Of a DNA stretch of 64,000 nucleotides, positions 38,321 to 51,400 are shown one piece after another. The first letter of the stretch is position 1. Each line of letters opens with the position of its first letter. The stretch is from assembly GCF_004010195.1 (NCBI RefSeq), contig NC_057719.1:11710603-11774602 (forward strand), read 5' to 3'. The DNA is from Chiloscyllium plagiosum. Lineage: Eukaryota. Under the pieces are notes generated by a model. It saw only the letters and a list, made by a program, of their open reading frames with translations. It did not search any database and had not been told where the DNA came from. The translations under genes were made by a program, and so were the position numbers.

Positions 38321-38769
38321 TATTACCCCAATTAATTCAAATGTATACTAACATGACCTATTCCATTAAAAACTCTGGCAAATATTCTTCATTTATTAAG
38401 GTAGTGACTTAGTGAAGATGGAAGCTTTCAATGGGTTTTGCCCATAAAATCACATTTGATCACATTTAATTACATTTATGTAGTGTCTTTAATATAATAA
38501 ACCATTCCAAGGCATTCCACAAGACTATGAAGTTGTGAAAATTGAGGATGTGTAGGAGACCAGAATTGAAAGAATGCTGATATCTCACAGTTATAGAATT
38601 GAGAAGATTACAAATTTTCAGATGGGCAAGGCAATACTGAGGTTTGACAACAAGAAACAATTTTGAAATCTGGGCAATACTTGAATGTGCAGTAAGTTCA
38701 TTGGTCAGAATGATTGATAAACCAGATTGAAGCCAATTTGAATGCAGGCAGCAGTTTTATATCTATTCA

Positions 38770-40265
38770 AGTAGGACAAATCCACTCAGACAATGACCAC
38801 CCCATCAGTCTACTCTTGATCATCAGTAAAGTGATGGAAGGTGTCATCAACAGTGCAATCAAGCAGCACCTGGTCACTGATGCCCAGTTTGTTCTGCCAG
38901 GGCCACTTGCCACCTGACTTCTTTACAGCCTTGGTTCAAAGATGGACAAAAGAACAGAATTGCAGAGGGGAGTGTGCCAGCCCTTGATATCAAGGCCATA
39001 TCAAAATGAGTGTTGCATCAAAGAATCTTAGCAAAACTGGAATTAATAGGTAGCAGAGCAAACTTGGTTGGATTTGTACATGGCACATAGGAAGATGTAG
39101 GTCAGTCATCTCAGCTCCAGGACATCTCTGCAAGAGTTCCTCAAGGTAGTGTCCTAGGCCCAACTATCATCATCATTAATGACCCTCCATCATAAGGTCA
39201 GAAGTGGGGATGTTTGCCAATGTGTGTGCACATGTTCAGCACCATTCACGATTCCGTAGATATTGGAGCAGTCCAGGTTCAAATGCCATACAATCTGAGC
39301 AATATCCAAGCTTGGGTTGATAATTGCTGAAAATGTGTTGCTGGAAAAGCGCAGCAGGTCAGGCAGCATCCAAGGAACAGGAGAATCGACGTTTCGGGCA
39401 TATGCCCGTATATGCCCGAAACGTCGATTCTCCTGTTCCTTGGATGCTGCCTGACCTGCGCTTTTCCAGCAACACATTTTCAGCTCTGATCTCCAGCATC
39501 TGCAGCCCTCACTTTCTCCTTGGGTTGATAATTGGCAGGTAACACTTGCCCCACGCAAATGACCATCTCCAATAAGGAACTCTAATTCACAGGCTCTGGA
39601 CATTCAGTAGTGTTACCATCACTGAATCCCCCACTGTCAACATCGTTGGATTACCAAGAAAACTCAACTGGACTCAGCACACACAAGTGGCCACAAGCAA
39701 GCCAGAGACTAAGAATATGATGGCAAGTAACTCACCACCTGACTCCCCAAAACCTGTCCTCCATCAACAAGGCACAAGTCAATAGTTTGGGATACTCCAC
39801 TTGCCTGGAGTTTCCACAACAGTCAAGAAACTTGACACCATCTGGGACAAAGCAGGCTGCTTGATTGGCTACACAGCCATAAACAGTCACCCCTTTCATT
39901 GCTCAGCAGCAGTGTTCTATTTCCACGCTGTGCTGCAGAAATTCGCCAAAGAGCCCTAGTCAACATATTCCAAACCCACTACTATCATCATCTCGAAGGA
40001 CATGAGTAGCAAATACATGGTAACACCACCACCTGCAAGTTTCTCCCAGCCATTCTCCATTCTGACTTGGAACTATATTGGCATTCCTTCACTGTCGCAG
40101 AGTCAAAATCTTGGAGTTTCTTCCATAACCATGTTATGCTGTGGGTTGACCAACATGGACTACAGGCTGTTAGACGCAGCTCCCCACCACCTTCTCAAGG
40201 GCAACTATAGATGGACAATAAAATCGTTGGCCAGCTAACGATGCCAATGTCTCAATGATTAAAAT
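38770..40265 (+). mobile_element. Degenerate non-LTR retrotransposon (CR1/Jockey-group RT, distinct from the main CR1 family)
   Basis: PISLLLIISKVMEGVINSAIKQHL, DAQF, ALDIKA, PQGSVLGPTI and INDPPS..GMFA motifs, followed by a 3' tail. Confidence 0.85.
39327..39518. mobile_element. Young fold-back PLE family A insertion nested in the LINE
   Basis: Near-perfect inverted arms, with perfect 16-bp TSD cttgggttgataattg at 39311-39326 and 39519-39534. Confidence 0.92.
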
Positions 40266-41359
40266 AATGTTTTAGATGCTGAAAGCCATTTCTAAGTGGC
40301 TAATGCTGCAGTGTCTAAATTGAATATTGAACGCATGTTTCAGAAACGCAACCTAGTCCAACAGAAGCTTCCAATTTCCATGCCCATTGTGGATTGATTA
40401 ATCATATGATTTGTATCATCTGGATTATACAAGTCTGTTATTTGCCAAAATCTGTTCACAACCCAATTTGGGAAAGAAAAACATACAGATAATTGATAAT
40501 CCATTCTGGAAATAAATCACTTCTTGAAACCACCCATTTTAACTGAGTAATGTAAAATTGATTCTGGCAATATACCAGAGTTGCTATACTTGACGATGGA
40601 AATAGAATTTCCAATGCACTGTAATATCACAGAATCCATCTATTCATTCTGATTTGTCTTATTTTCTGGAAATTAACTGAAGATTCTAATTTATGAAGGG
40701 AATCTTCGGAATTTCTTAATACAAAAGATAATGGAAATCTGGACCTCTCCCATGAGACTAAATCAATTAAAACTTTCTTTTGTTTGTGATCAAGAATATT
40801 ACAGAATAAAGCAGTAGATAAAGTAGTATACAGATCCTCTGAGATAAAATTCAAGAAAGGATATGCTTGGGTGGCCTGCTCCCGTTCCTTGAAGTCTTGT
40901 TACTGTGTTTAACCGTTTTATGTTGACGTCATTGTGTTGTGGCACATGAAGTGTGTGCCTAGCTTTATAATGGTTAAATAATTTTTGCATGTTGTGGTGA
41001 GTGCATGCTAATTTCAAAGCTTTAATCTTGGGGTTCAGGTGGTTGCATTGAGCTTTGCTGTCATCATTGTGCATCATCCAAACCTGCTGCTGAGATTATT
41101 GCTGTTTACAGTTCACCACCACTCTCTCCAAGAGCAGTTAAGGATGGGCATTGCTCCAAGTTGATTTCTAACTTGTGTTTGTTAAATAGCAATAACTGGA
41201 AGGGAGGAAATCCATTATGGCTGCTCTTATTTGGACTACTAATGGTTCTGGTCCTTAAGCACATCAGGCTTAGAAACTTTGTCTTCGTGTTCTTGAACCC
41301 GTGCATTGAACAGCGTGGGTGGTTTGTCTGACGTCTTCGATCTTCTGTTTTTTGGAGCT

Positions 41360-42165
41360 TCGAGATTTTGATCCGTTGGATCAATGGACCAAGGAGTGAC
41401 AAATAGAGGTTAATTTGGATAAATGAGTCATTGCATTTTGGTAAAACAAACCAGGGCAGCATTTATAAAAATATGGTAGGGTCCTGGATAGTGCTGTAGA
41501 ACAGAGGCCTAGGGATTCATAATTCTTTGAAATTTGCACCACAGGTAGACAGGATGGTTAAGAAGGTGTTTAATACACTTGCCTTCATTTCTCAAACCGT
41601 TGAGTAAAGGAATTGGGGTGTCATGTTGAGGTTTTACAGGACATTGGTGAGGCCTCTTCTAGAGTAGTGTGCAGTTCTGGACGCCCTGCTATAGGAAGCA
41701 TATTATTGAATTAGTGAGGGTTCAGAAAATATATACCAAGATGTCGCTAGATATGGAGGGTTTGAATTATAAATATAGGTTGGGATTACTTTCACTAGCG
41801 TGTAGGAGGTTGAGGTGTGACCTTATAGAGGTTTAAAATCGTGAGTGGGGCATGGATAAGGTAAACAGCAAAGGTCTTTTGCCTATTCTAGGGATTCAGA
41901 ATAAGGGGATGTATTTTTAAGGTGAAAGGAGAAAGTTTTTAAAAAGGATATGGGCAAATTGTTTAAGTGGTTAGTGTGCAATGAACTGCCAGAGGTGGTG
42001 GTGGATGCAGATACAGTTTACAACATTTAAAAGACATTTGGATATGTACATGAATAGGAATGATTTGGTGGGAAATGGGCCATATGTAGGCAAGCAGGAC
42101 TGGTTTAGTTTGGGAACATAGTCTGCGTTGGACTGAAGGGTCTGTTTCTATGCTGTATGGCTCTG
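41360..42165 (+). mobile_element. CR1 LINE 3' fragment
   Basis: LHFGKTN, MLRFYRTLVRPLLE and TTFKRHLD motifs plus the 3' UTR. Confidence 0.88.
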
Positions 42166-44464
42166 AATATAAGTGACTGAGCGTGTTAAAATGTATCACT
42201 GATGTTAGACACTTTTTTTTAACTGAGTGATCTGCTTTTCTCAAAGAAACCTGCCCACTCACTGATTACCTGTATGGTTCTGCATTTCCTTCTGAAAGGA
42301 AACTGTTTTTCCTGTTTGTTTGTCTGAGATAAGATACTTTGCTCAGCAGCCTGTTTTATTTCTGTTACCCTGGTTTCTAAAGCATTCAATTATTCACCTT
42401 TTAAAGAAGTCACTTAAATGCTCATATTCAACTTGCCAGATAGTCTTCACCATGTAGAACTGTAATCCAAAATGACGCTGAATCAGTTTTCTTCCACCTT
42501 AACACAATATCGAACTAAACATGAAACCAAGATAAATGGTTCCAACTATTTTAGAATCCAGTCACAATCTCATTTCTTCAAATTGTATGCTCCATAACTT
42601 TGGGTTCTATTAAATAAATCTAAGTTGAAGAATGATAGGTTATCTCCAATAACAGCAACTTACAATTATATGTAGCTTCCTACTCCTTAGATGCTGCATG
42701 ACCTCCGATGCTAATCTAGACTCTGGTTTCCAGCATCTGCAGTCCTCAGTTTTGCCCTGTAGCCTTTAACAGACTATTCCAAGATATTATGCTGTTGCAA
42801 AACGAGAAATATCAAAATGAAGTCAAAGATTACCTCAGAAGTGACGTGCATAGAGCAGATTGGCCATAACTAAGACTAATGCATTTTAGTTGAGGTCAAC
42901 ATTTAGCAGAAGGCTGGGAATGGGTCATCCTCCTCCTGCTGTGTAATGGAGCAGATTGGCAAACTTAAAATTTGGAACAAGCACATGAGTTCTTTATTTT
43001 GGAACAAGGATCAAACTTGAGTTTCAATTTTTTTTTTGTAGCTTTTATGTAGTCCGTAAACTCTTATGCACACTGATCAGAATTATACAGTGCACTGACA
43101 ATGATCCATATGTCTGGACATAGAATATCTTACTGTAGTCTGTTAAAGCTAGAGCATCAAATATTCTGTCAATTGTCACTGTTTATACCAAGTGAGTAAA
43201 TTTCAGTTCCAAAAGCTCCATTTAGTTTATTAATATTTCAAATGATAACCTTTTGTAAAAGTAATAGGAAATTTCATAAAGACAATATGGGTTCATAAGC
43301 AGCTTTGGACAAGAAAACCTAGATAATTGGTCAATCATGTGAAAGATCTCACCTGAGCTATTGACTGCTGTTTCTGCCTCAGATGCTGAGAAGCAGACTG
43401 TACACTTTGATTTTACTTTTATCTAAGTTTTTGGAAAACTACCCGTACCCATATTCTTGATCGCATCCACTTGAATTGAAAACAAAAATGAAGTTTGTAT
43501 TGAAATTTAGAATAAGATTTTGTTGTCATGTGTGCTCAAGTACAGGCATACAGGAGTACAGGGAAAAGTATACAATGTACAAAAATAAACAAAAAGTTCA
43601 AGAATTCAACATTTGCAGTCTTCTGGAAGTGCTTAGCTATGCTGGGCTCTCACTCCTCATTACGGATCGATCGCCCTGCTGTCGCGTTGGATGCAGGGAG
43701 CTGCCTGCTCTCACTCCTGCAGTTACTGTGGGACCTAAATAGCTGCTGAGTTGGACTCACTCTACCCATTGCTAGGCTCCATTGGGCTTTAATGTTCATT
43801 TGTTCTTAGTAAATAAAATAGCACAGCCTTTGGTTTTGAAAACTTGTTTGGGGGAAAGTACATCCTTCCCACAATTTTTAGTACTGAAAATATGTTGAAT
43901 TTCAGCCCAGCTTGACACGTGGACAGAAAATATTAGCTTCAAAATTGTGCACTACTGCTATACTGTTTAGATGTTTTAAACCCTGTTTGTGATCTGAGGG
44001 ACAGCTGGTTGCAGATTAGATGATATCATGATTCAGGTGAGTAGGTGGATTTACTTATTCTACTGTCTGTAGACTTGTTTTATTTCCTCCTGATCTGTCA
44101 TCTTTTTTTTTAGAAAGGGCACAGCACTGTCAGATGCTAATCCATTGCTGATATTGGCTCATTGTCCCTAATCTAGATCACCTAGTATTTATTGGCTGAG
44201 AGAATACAAATGCTTCCTTGTTGAACCCTGTAGATGTTTTTCTTAAGTACCTGCATGTTGTTGCCTCACTAATGACAACAAGGCAGGAAATGAATGAGAT
44301 CCATTGGCTTCACAGTCTTTGCTCCAATGTACTGAGTTAACCATTTGATGTGCTGATTGCAAATGTTTCCATGTGCATACATGCAGACCAGTAGTGACAC
44401 TAGATTAGTTGGTCTGTTTCAAAAGAGTACAAGATGTATCAGTGTAGTACTCATGACCTCAATC

Positions 44465-44580
44465 GGATCTTGTAGTGCAGTGCTAATGTTCCTGCCTCAA
44501 CGTCAGGAGCCCTGGGTTCAGGTCCCACCTGCTCCAGAGGTGTGAATCACATCTCTGAACAGGTTGATTTAGAGAATATT
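44465..44580 (+). mobile_element. Short (~115 bp) tRNA-derived SINE (family 3)
   Basis: A-box-like tagtgcagtg and B-box-like ggttcaggtcc. A second copy lies on the reverse strand at 51151-51265. Confidence 0.7.
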
Positions 44581-45329
44581 GAAAAGAACCTCAAAATGAG
44601 GAACCTTCTTGGGTTTCATAGACTGATTGGAGAGCACTGACCTTCAACACTGTTGAATGAGGTTTGAAGTACCAATTAACGTAACTACTTCCTTTTTAAT
44701 CCTAACTTGGGGCTTTTATAAGGTTAATTATATTTTAAAAGCTGTCTTCTGCATTTCAGTTGACTTCAGGGTGAGCCTGATGGGTTTAAATATGGCTGAG
44801 GGAGGGAAGGAACTATGGGATTCCTTTTAAGATATTACGCAGAGTGATATGCACATTGTGTATTTGTGAAAAGCAAAGCTACCAAGCTGCAAGGCACTCG
44901 TGTGAGTACCAAGCAACTTACATTTTTGAAAAGGCTTTAAGGACAAAAAGAAGCAGTTTGTGAATTAAAGCTGATTTGGTGACACAAGGTATATTTTCTT
45001 AAAAATCTGTTTGAGGAGAAGTAAAATATATTTGTATAAAAAATTGAAGGGATGGCATTAGGCCATAAACTGGAGTCATGACAACTTGTGATATCTATGC
45101 AACAGAATTGCAAAATAACACTTTTGCTTCCATTTGTACCAAGGATAAGCAAGATAACATTTTTGTTAAACACAAAAACGGAGAATCTGTAGAGGTGAGT
45201 TTGTGACCCTGTTCACATCACTGAGCATGGTTTCTAATTAGCTTCGCTCTTTGAATAAATATCAGGAGCCAGATGAACTGCATTTGAGGAATTTCATGGA
45301 ACCCTGGCATAATGTTTGAAAACATAAAC

Positions 45330-45830
45330 ATAAAGTAATACCACAAAAACCAGTTTGGCTTAAAAAGAAAGGCCCTGCCAATCAAATGTACTAGTTTTCT
45401 TTTAAAGGTTTGATAGAGGAGCTTTGAGTTAGGTGGCTGATATCATGAGCTAGAATTTCAATAAGAACTTTAAATAGTTTTTTCTGGAAAAGCCAGTTCT
45501 GTTTAAGATAGTGGGAATCAATGGAAATATTTTACATCAATATAAGTTGACCAGTAGAACGCAAAGAATGATGGAAGGGGATTTGTCATTAGTCTGAAAG
45601 AATGTAGTCAGTGGAGTCCCACAGGGATCCGTTTTTGAGGACTTTTTGTTTAATAGCCTCATAACTGACCTGGAGATTGGGAAACCCCAACACTGAGCTG
45701 CACAGGAGAGGCTAATGAGAATAGGAAACACAAACTGGACTGAGTTACAAGAAAATTTAAATATACTTGGAAACTGGGCAGACAGGTAGCAAGTGAAATC
45801 ATTGTTTAAAAAAAATGCAAAGAGCTTTAA
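45330..45830 (+). mobile_element. Very old CR1-type RT fragment
   Basis: gtcagtggagtcccacagggatccgttttg reads VSGVPQGSV. Also a WADR*QVK remnant. Confidence 0.6.
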
Positions 45831-48800
45831 AATGTCAAAGTTGAACTGCATATTGCAAGCAACTAGCAGTAATTGTGTTAAGCAATAGCTTTTTAATATA
45901 TTTAATATTTAAAGCTGAACAAAATTTTGTAATCACTAACATTCCACAGAGTGTATTTCAAGATTCTATGAGCACAGATTGAAGGAAGTATATATTGGAT
46001 CATCTTGTTTGTGTTGAAGGTGAACTTCATGTTTAACTTGTACCAGATGTGTTTTTCCACTCAACTGGCAGTCATTACACTTTGGTTGTGCAGAGGTATG
46101 TTTGTAATGCAGGTCCCATATTTGTAGTTTACTGGTGCTTGTGTGGTTACATATCTTTAGGTACCTGTTTCAACTTCTTGATGTGTAACAACAGGAAACG
46201 TTTATATAATGGAACACTGAATGGGTTGTTTTCTATTAGATAGCTGCTATTTACAATTTGCAACATGAGATTTCAAAATTGTGATCAATTTGAATAAGCC
46301 ATCTCTGAATGAATATTTATAAAGAACAGGCACATGCCCATAAAGTAATCTCCACATTTGTCACACTTTGTAATTCTGGTACCTAACCAGCCCAATTTTA
46401 TTTTTGCAGTTGGAGGAAGAACAAATTTGACCTGGAGCTCATCGTAATCACTTTTTTTCAAAACTTGACAAACTTTCAAAGGCACGCTCATTACACAGTT
46501 CTACGACTTCTAAGCAGTGGGGTTACAACTTGAAGTAAATCATCCTGACATTTAATTTTACTACTCATCTTACAATGCACATTCTTGTATCCAGGACACT
46601 TGCATGTTCGCCTTAAGTAACTCAAGATACATTGCAAGAAATTTTAAGGGAGAGTGTTTTTGAAGAAAAAGCTTCCAGATGTAGAAGCCAAATCCTTTTG
46701 AAACACAGTTCTCTTGGTTTCCTTTTCATCTGCCGACAGATAATTACAGCGGTCGACTTCCATTTTCGAGCTTCTAAGGGACAGGGACGCCTACACAGTG
46801 TATCAGTCAATCTGTAAAGGGTCTTATAGTCTCCACAGGAAATAGAGCGGCACTCAAACCACAGAGATTAATAGGGTAACCGTTCTTAACTGGTTGATGA
46901 AAATTACTGTGGGTTATTTGGCCCAGATTTTAGGGTCGCTTTTTTCAAATAGGTATTTGCAGTTTTTAAATAAATTCTCAGGAAATTAAGAAGCTGTTCT
47001 TAGGTTTTGTCCAACAGTTTTTTTTTCCCAAAAGAAGAAAATCATCCATAGCCTGCTAAACACTTTGAATTCCGTTAAACGCTAAGTTTAACCAGTCAAA
47101 CTTTGGCCACTATTGTGGGAATCTCTGGAAGACATTGGCCCGATAGTTAACAATTTTCAAATAGTATCATCATACAGTACAGTGGTGGTGCCACCACAAT
47201 GTAGGTGATATGGATGAGTGGCAGTTTCATTCCTTCTCATCTGATCTGAAATTCCTAACAATATATATGGTCCCCATAAATTTAAATTTGACAGTGGGTT
47301 GCAGTATTGTTGGATAGGAAACACTTGAGTATAGTGTGTTGATTGGTCACCCGTGTTGTAATAGGATAATCGGCTCTTTAAGAGAACAATTCCATGCGCC
47401 CATTCTGTCTTTTTCTCTCTCCCTCCATGTCACCATTTCTCACTCTTTCCCACCCCAATACCCTGTTCTTTCCTCACTTTTTCTTAGAAACTTTGTTTTT
47501 TACTATTTATCTTGCTCCCTTGTGAAGACATCTGTACCTGTCACCCATCAAGCCTGTACATTCCAAACTCCAATCACTTGCCTTTTTTAAACAAAGTTTT
47601 CTGCATGTCCCCTCAAGAGCTTTTCAGTTCCAAATATCTGCTAGTTTTCAACCTGTTAGTCATTGGAAACAATCCCACTTATTTGCTTTCTATAAAACTT
47701 TCATAACCTTCCTGTTGTCAAACTGTCCTGTTCAGATTTCTCTTGTTACTGGCATTTCTGAAGCTGTGGAGGTTCATGACGTGACGGTGACATGGATCTG
47801 CTCAGAAGCCTCGTGTGACTGACCTGCCCATTAGTGCATATCTACATTGCCTGAATTATGTTAAGTCAATAAAAATTGGAATGACAAGTGTTGATAAAGG
47901 CCTGCTGTTTGGTGTCAAAGCACTGATGTCACAGGAACCTTTGTTAATGGATGGTTGGGGGTGGGAAGGAGCGTTTGCGTTAGATTCTTCTGCAGAGGTT
48001 TGAAATGCTGTTTCCTTGAAAAGAGAAACTTCTCAATTCTGGGTTACATCATGCATATAATAGCACACATTCTCAAATGTATTCAGTAATAGTTTATTAT
48101 ATTTTATTAAAACTTGCAGATGTATTGCAAAAGAAATTCTTTTAATGGCCTAGCAAGCATGAGTTTCCCTCTCTACATGGTATAGTGGATGGCTGTGAAA
48201 TGAAATGGCAGAAGCAGTCAGTTTTAAAAATTGACTTTTGACCCCATCAGAATAGACGAATGTCAGTTTCAAATATCAGAAAATGACTATTTTCTTAGAA
48301 TCTTTCAGTATGGACAAAAACTATTCTAAGTCTACGCGAGCCATTTTTTTGCACTTGGCCCAGAGTCCTGAATGTTATGGCATTTCAAGTTCTTCATAAA
48401 TGTTGAGGTTTGGGGCTCCACTATCTTCCTAGGCAGTGCATTCCAAATTCCCACCATCCTCTGGACGGAAGTGTTTGTTCAAATCCACTCAACCTCTCCC
48501 TGCCTTGCATCTTAAAGTTGTGCCCCCTTTGTTATTGACCCTTCATGTATGGGGAAGCTGCTTTCTAGTCACTCTCTGTGCTCCCCCATCTCTTATCTGC
48601 ATTTTTCTTGTGCATTGGGAATGGAGTATTTAAAATACTTGGATATGTTTTTGCAAGGTTTGAGAAATGAAGTTTTTCATGGGAAAATTAGATCTGTCAC
48701 TGATCTTTCTGACATTTCAAGCCTTTCATTTTACTCTGTTTGCTTCGTAAATAGCATTAAGAATTGTTAATTATACTTTCCATTCCCAAACTACTACCAT

Positions 48801-50274
48801 GAGGGAATCTAATCATTAGAGCTAAAAGGTTGTTTTGGTCTGGCGTGCATGTGGCATGAAGATAAATTTGTTCACTTTCCTGATTGAGGTTGTTTCACTT
48901 AATGATTTGCTTCAGCAAAATCTAAATGATGCGGTGGACTGAAACTTCATTTTGTCTTTTGGGTGAGATTCGAGGGTCAGTAAGTTTTGAAAACTGTTAA
49001 TGTGCACAAGTAAAAGGATTCAATGTTTCAAGTGTAACCATGCTGAACTTGTCAAGTAGGCAATTTTGTAAGTATTTATTGGTGTCCGTTAAAGTTAAGC
49101 CTTTGAACGACAATTGTCACAGTACAAACATTTCTCTTCACCTATAATTTCATTTGGATAGTTAACTGCTGAATTAGATTTTTAAGCTGACCCACAACCT
49201 GTGTTACCATTGGAGATTGTGTGAAGTGAGCAAGTGGCATTTCCATTGTCTATCCACTTGATCTGGAGCATCTGAGATAGATATTCAGATTGTTCTTTAA
49301 AATTTGATCTTTATAATGGGTTAAAGTATTAGTTCAGATCTCACTTGCGTTTGAGTTGGATCAGGACTTGATGGCACTATTTAAGAAGCAATTCAATTTT
49401 TTTTTATTTTTCCACATTGGCGCTAGAAAATTTTAATGAGCCTAATGTTAACATTGTGGTGTATACTATCCAAATAACTTGAGTGCTAAAATCTGTTGTC
49501 ATTTGAGATGTCTGAGAAATTTGGCATTGTATTTGTTTGCAAATTCAAAAGTGACATGCTTGTGAGGCAAAATAATGTAATAATTGCAGTCATGAATGAA
49601 TATCGATTTCCACATCAGCTGTTTTAATTGGGGTGCTTGAATCCAGAAGGTTCCAAGAGCTTTGGTGTTGCAAATTTGTTTGGTGTTTTTATGACAGCAC
49701 CTACATAAAGGGGGGGTGGGGGGGTGGCAGCGGGGGGTGCAAAAGTTGATATGTGGCCCAAGTGTCCTCTTCTGGTTAATGGTTCGATCATGCCTCATAT
49801 GTTTCATGTATTGGACTGTTAAACAGCTTCATAGACTTCAATCAATTTTCAGAATGTTTGTGCCATATTATGAAATATTGGTGGCAATATTAGATAACAT
49901 TCTGATGAATGAGGCCCTCTAATGTATTTTTTATTTCTGTTCTATAATAGCTCCCAGTTATTTAAAGTTTCATTTCAAAAGTCTGAGGATTGTAGTATCT
50001 AGACTAGTAGCTCCAAGTAGCAACACTATCCAAACAGTAAAATAAAACTGCAGTATTGTAAATTAATATTTAAATGCCTCCCATATATGTTGTGAAGAAA
50101 ATATTGCTTTAGATGATGCTGGCAATCTAATCAAAGTTTGTCATTTACCATTGCAGTTGTAACTTATTGAATAGCTTGCAAAAAATCTTTTCAAAACTTG
50201 CACCTCTATGGTTTGTTCTACACTTGCTGTTGTGAATGAAGTGGATGAGTGTGTTTGCCCATTTACAGTTGTCT

Positions 50275-51400
50275 GAGGAGAACAAATATGCAAAGTAGCC
50301 ATTCAGCCCTTGAAGCATTTCCTGCCATTCAGTAAGATCATGGCTGTTTGGTTTGTTGTGAACCATGTTCCCACTCCATAAGTTTTAGATTCTCATTAGG
50401 CAAGTAGATATTTTTAGTTTAGCATTTAAAAAAAATTAATGGCCTACTTCCACTCCATCTGAGGTACAGTTGTAATCCTGCTCAACCCTCCAGAAAAAAA
50501 ATTATCCTTACCTGTCTTAATTTGAAAACTGAGTTCCTAGTTCTGGATTCACCCATGAAAAGATACGCTTTCCATGTCCATCTTGTCAAGAACATTTATA
50601 CCTTAAAGCATCCCTTGCTTTTCATACCTCCATTGGAAGCAGTCCTGGTCTGTGGAGCGGTTTCTTGTAAAACAGCCCACTCATTCCAGATATCAATCTA
50701 ATGAACCTTCGTTGAACTGTCTCCAGTGTATTTTATCTGTCAATAAAGAGATCAAGCTGCATATGGCATATGATGCACTCTCACTAATGCCCTGTATAAC
50801 TGTAGCATAAATTGCTTAATTTTATGTTTAATTTCTCTTGTAATAATGGATAGTATTCCATTAGCTTTAATTTCAGTGTCCGCATATTTTTGTGACTCAT
50901 GTACTTGAGCATCTAAATCCCTGCGCACTTCTGAATTCTGCAATTGTTCTTGTTTAGGTTTGCTCTTTTGTTCTTATCAAATGAACAACAACACATTTTT
51001 CCACATTATGCTCCATCTGCACATTTTTGCCCACTCACTCAACCTGTTTCTGTTGCATCTTCCTTGTTCCTATTCACAACATGTCTTCCTAGTGCGTAGG
51101 AAACTTTGTCTTCTGTAAATTTAGCTACCATGCCTTCATTCCTCTCATCTTAATATTTTAGAATTAACCTGTTCAGAAATGTTATTACACACCTCTGGCA
51201 CAGGTGGGACTTGAACCTGGGTCTCTTGTGCAGGTAAGGACTCTCCTACTGATCCACCAAAACCCTTGCTCCCCTCATCTAAGTTTAATGATATAAGTTG
51301 TAAAAAATGCAAATATGGAGGCCCCAGCACAAGATTCCACTTGTCGCATCTTGTCAGTCACAAAATGACCCATTTATGCATACTTTGTTTTCTGCCAATC
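50275..51400 (-). mobile_element. Old CR1 3' region
   Basis: ORF 50752-50943 has RDLDAQVHES..KANGILSII..MLQLYRALVR. Confidence 0.75.
51151..51265 (-). mobile_element. Short tRNA-derived SINE (family 3) inserted in the old CR1
   Basis: Reverse complement matches 44465-44580. Flanked by ctcatct-containing direct repeats. Confidence 0.7.

Noticed and set aside
40924..40931. Perfect CRE site TGACGTCA
   Set aside because: A single 8-mer is expected by chance, and another occurs inside a CR1 near 53658.
44465..44535. tRNA gene (also the heads of the HE1-like SINEs)
   Set aside because: No complete cloverleaf, and the sequence continues into shared SINE body sequence.
46285..46491. 68-aa minus-strand ORF with CDKC as a nested gene
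   Set aside because: No recognisable family or splice context, and the length is within chance.
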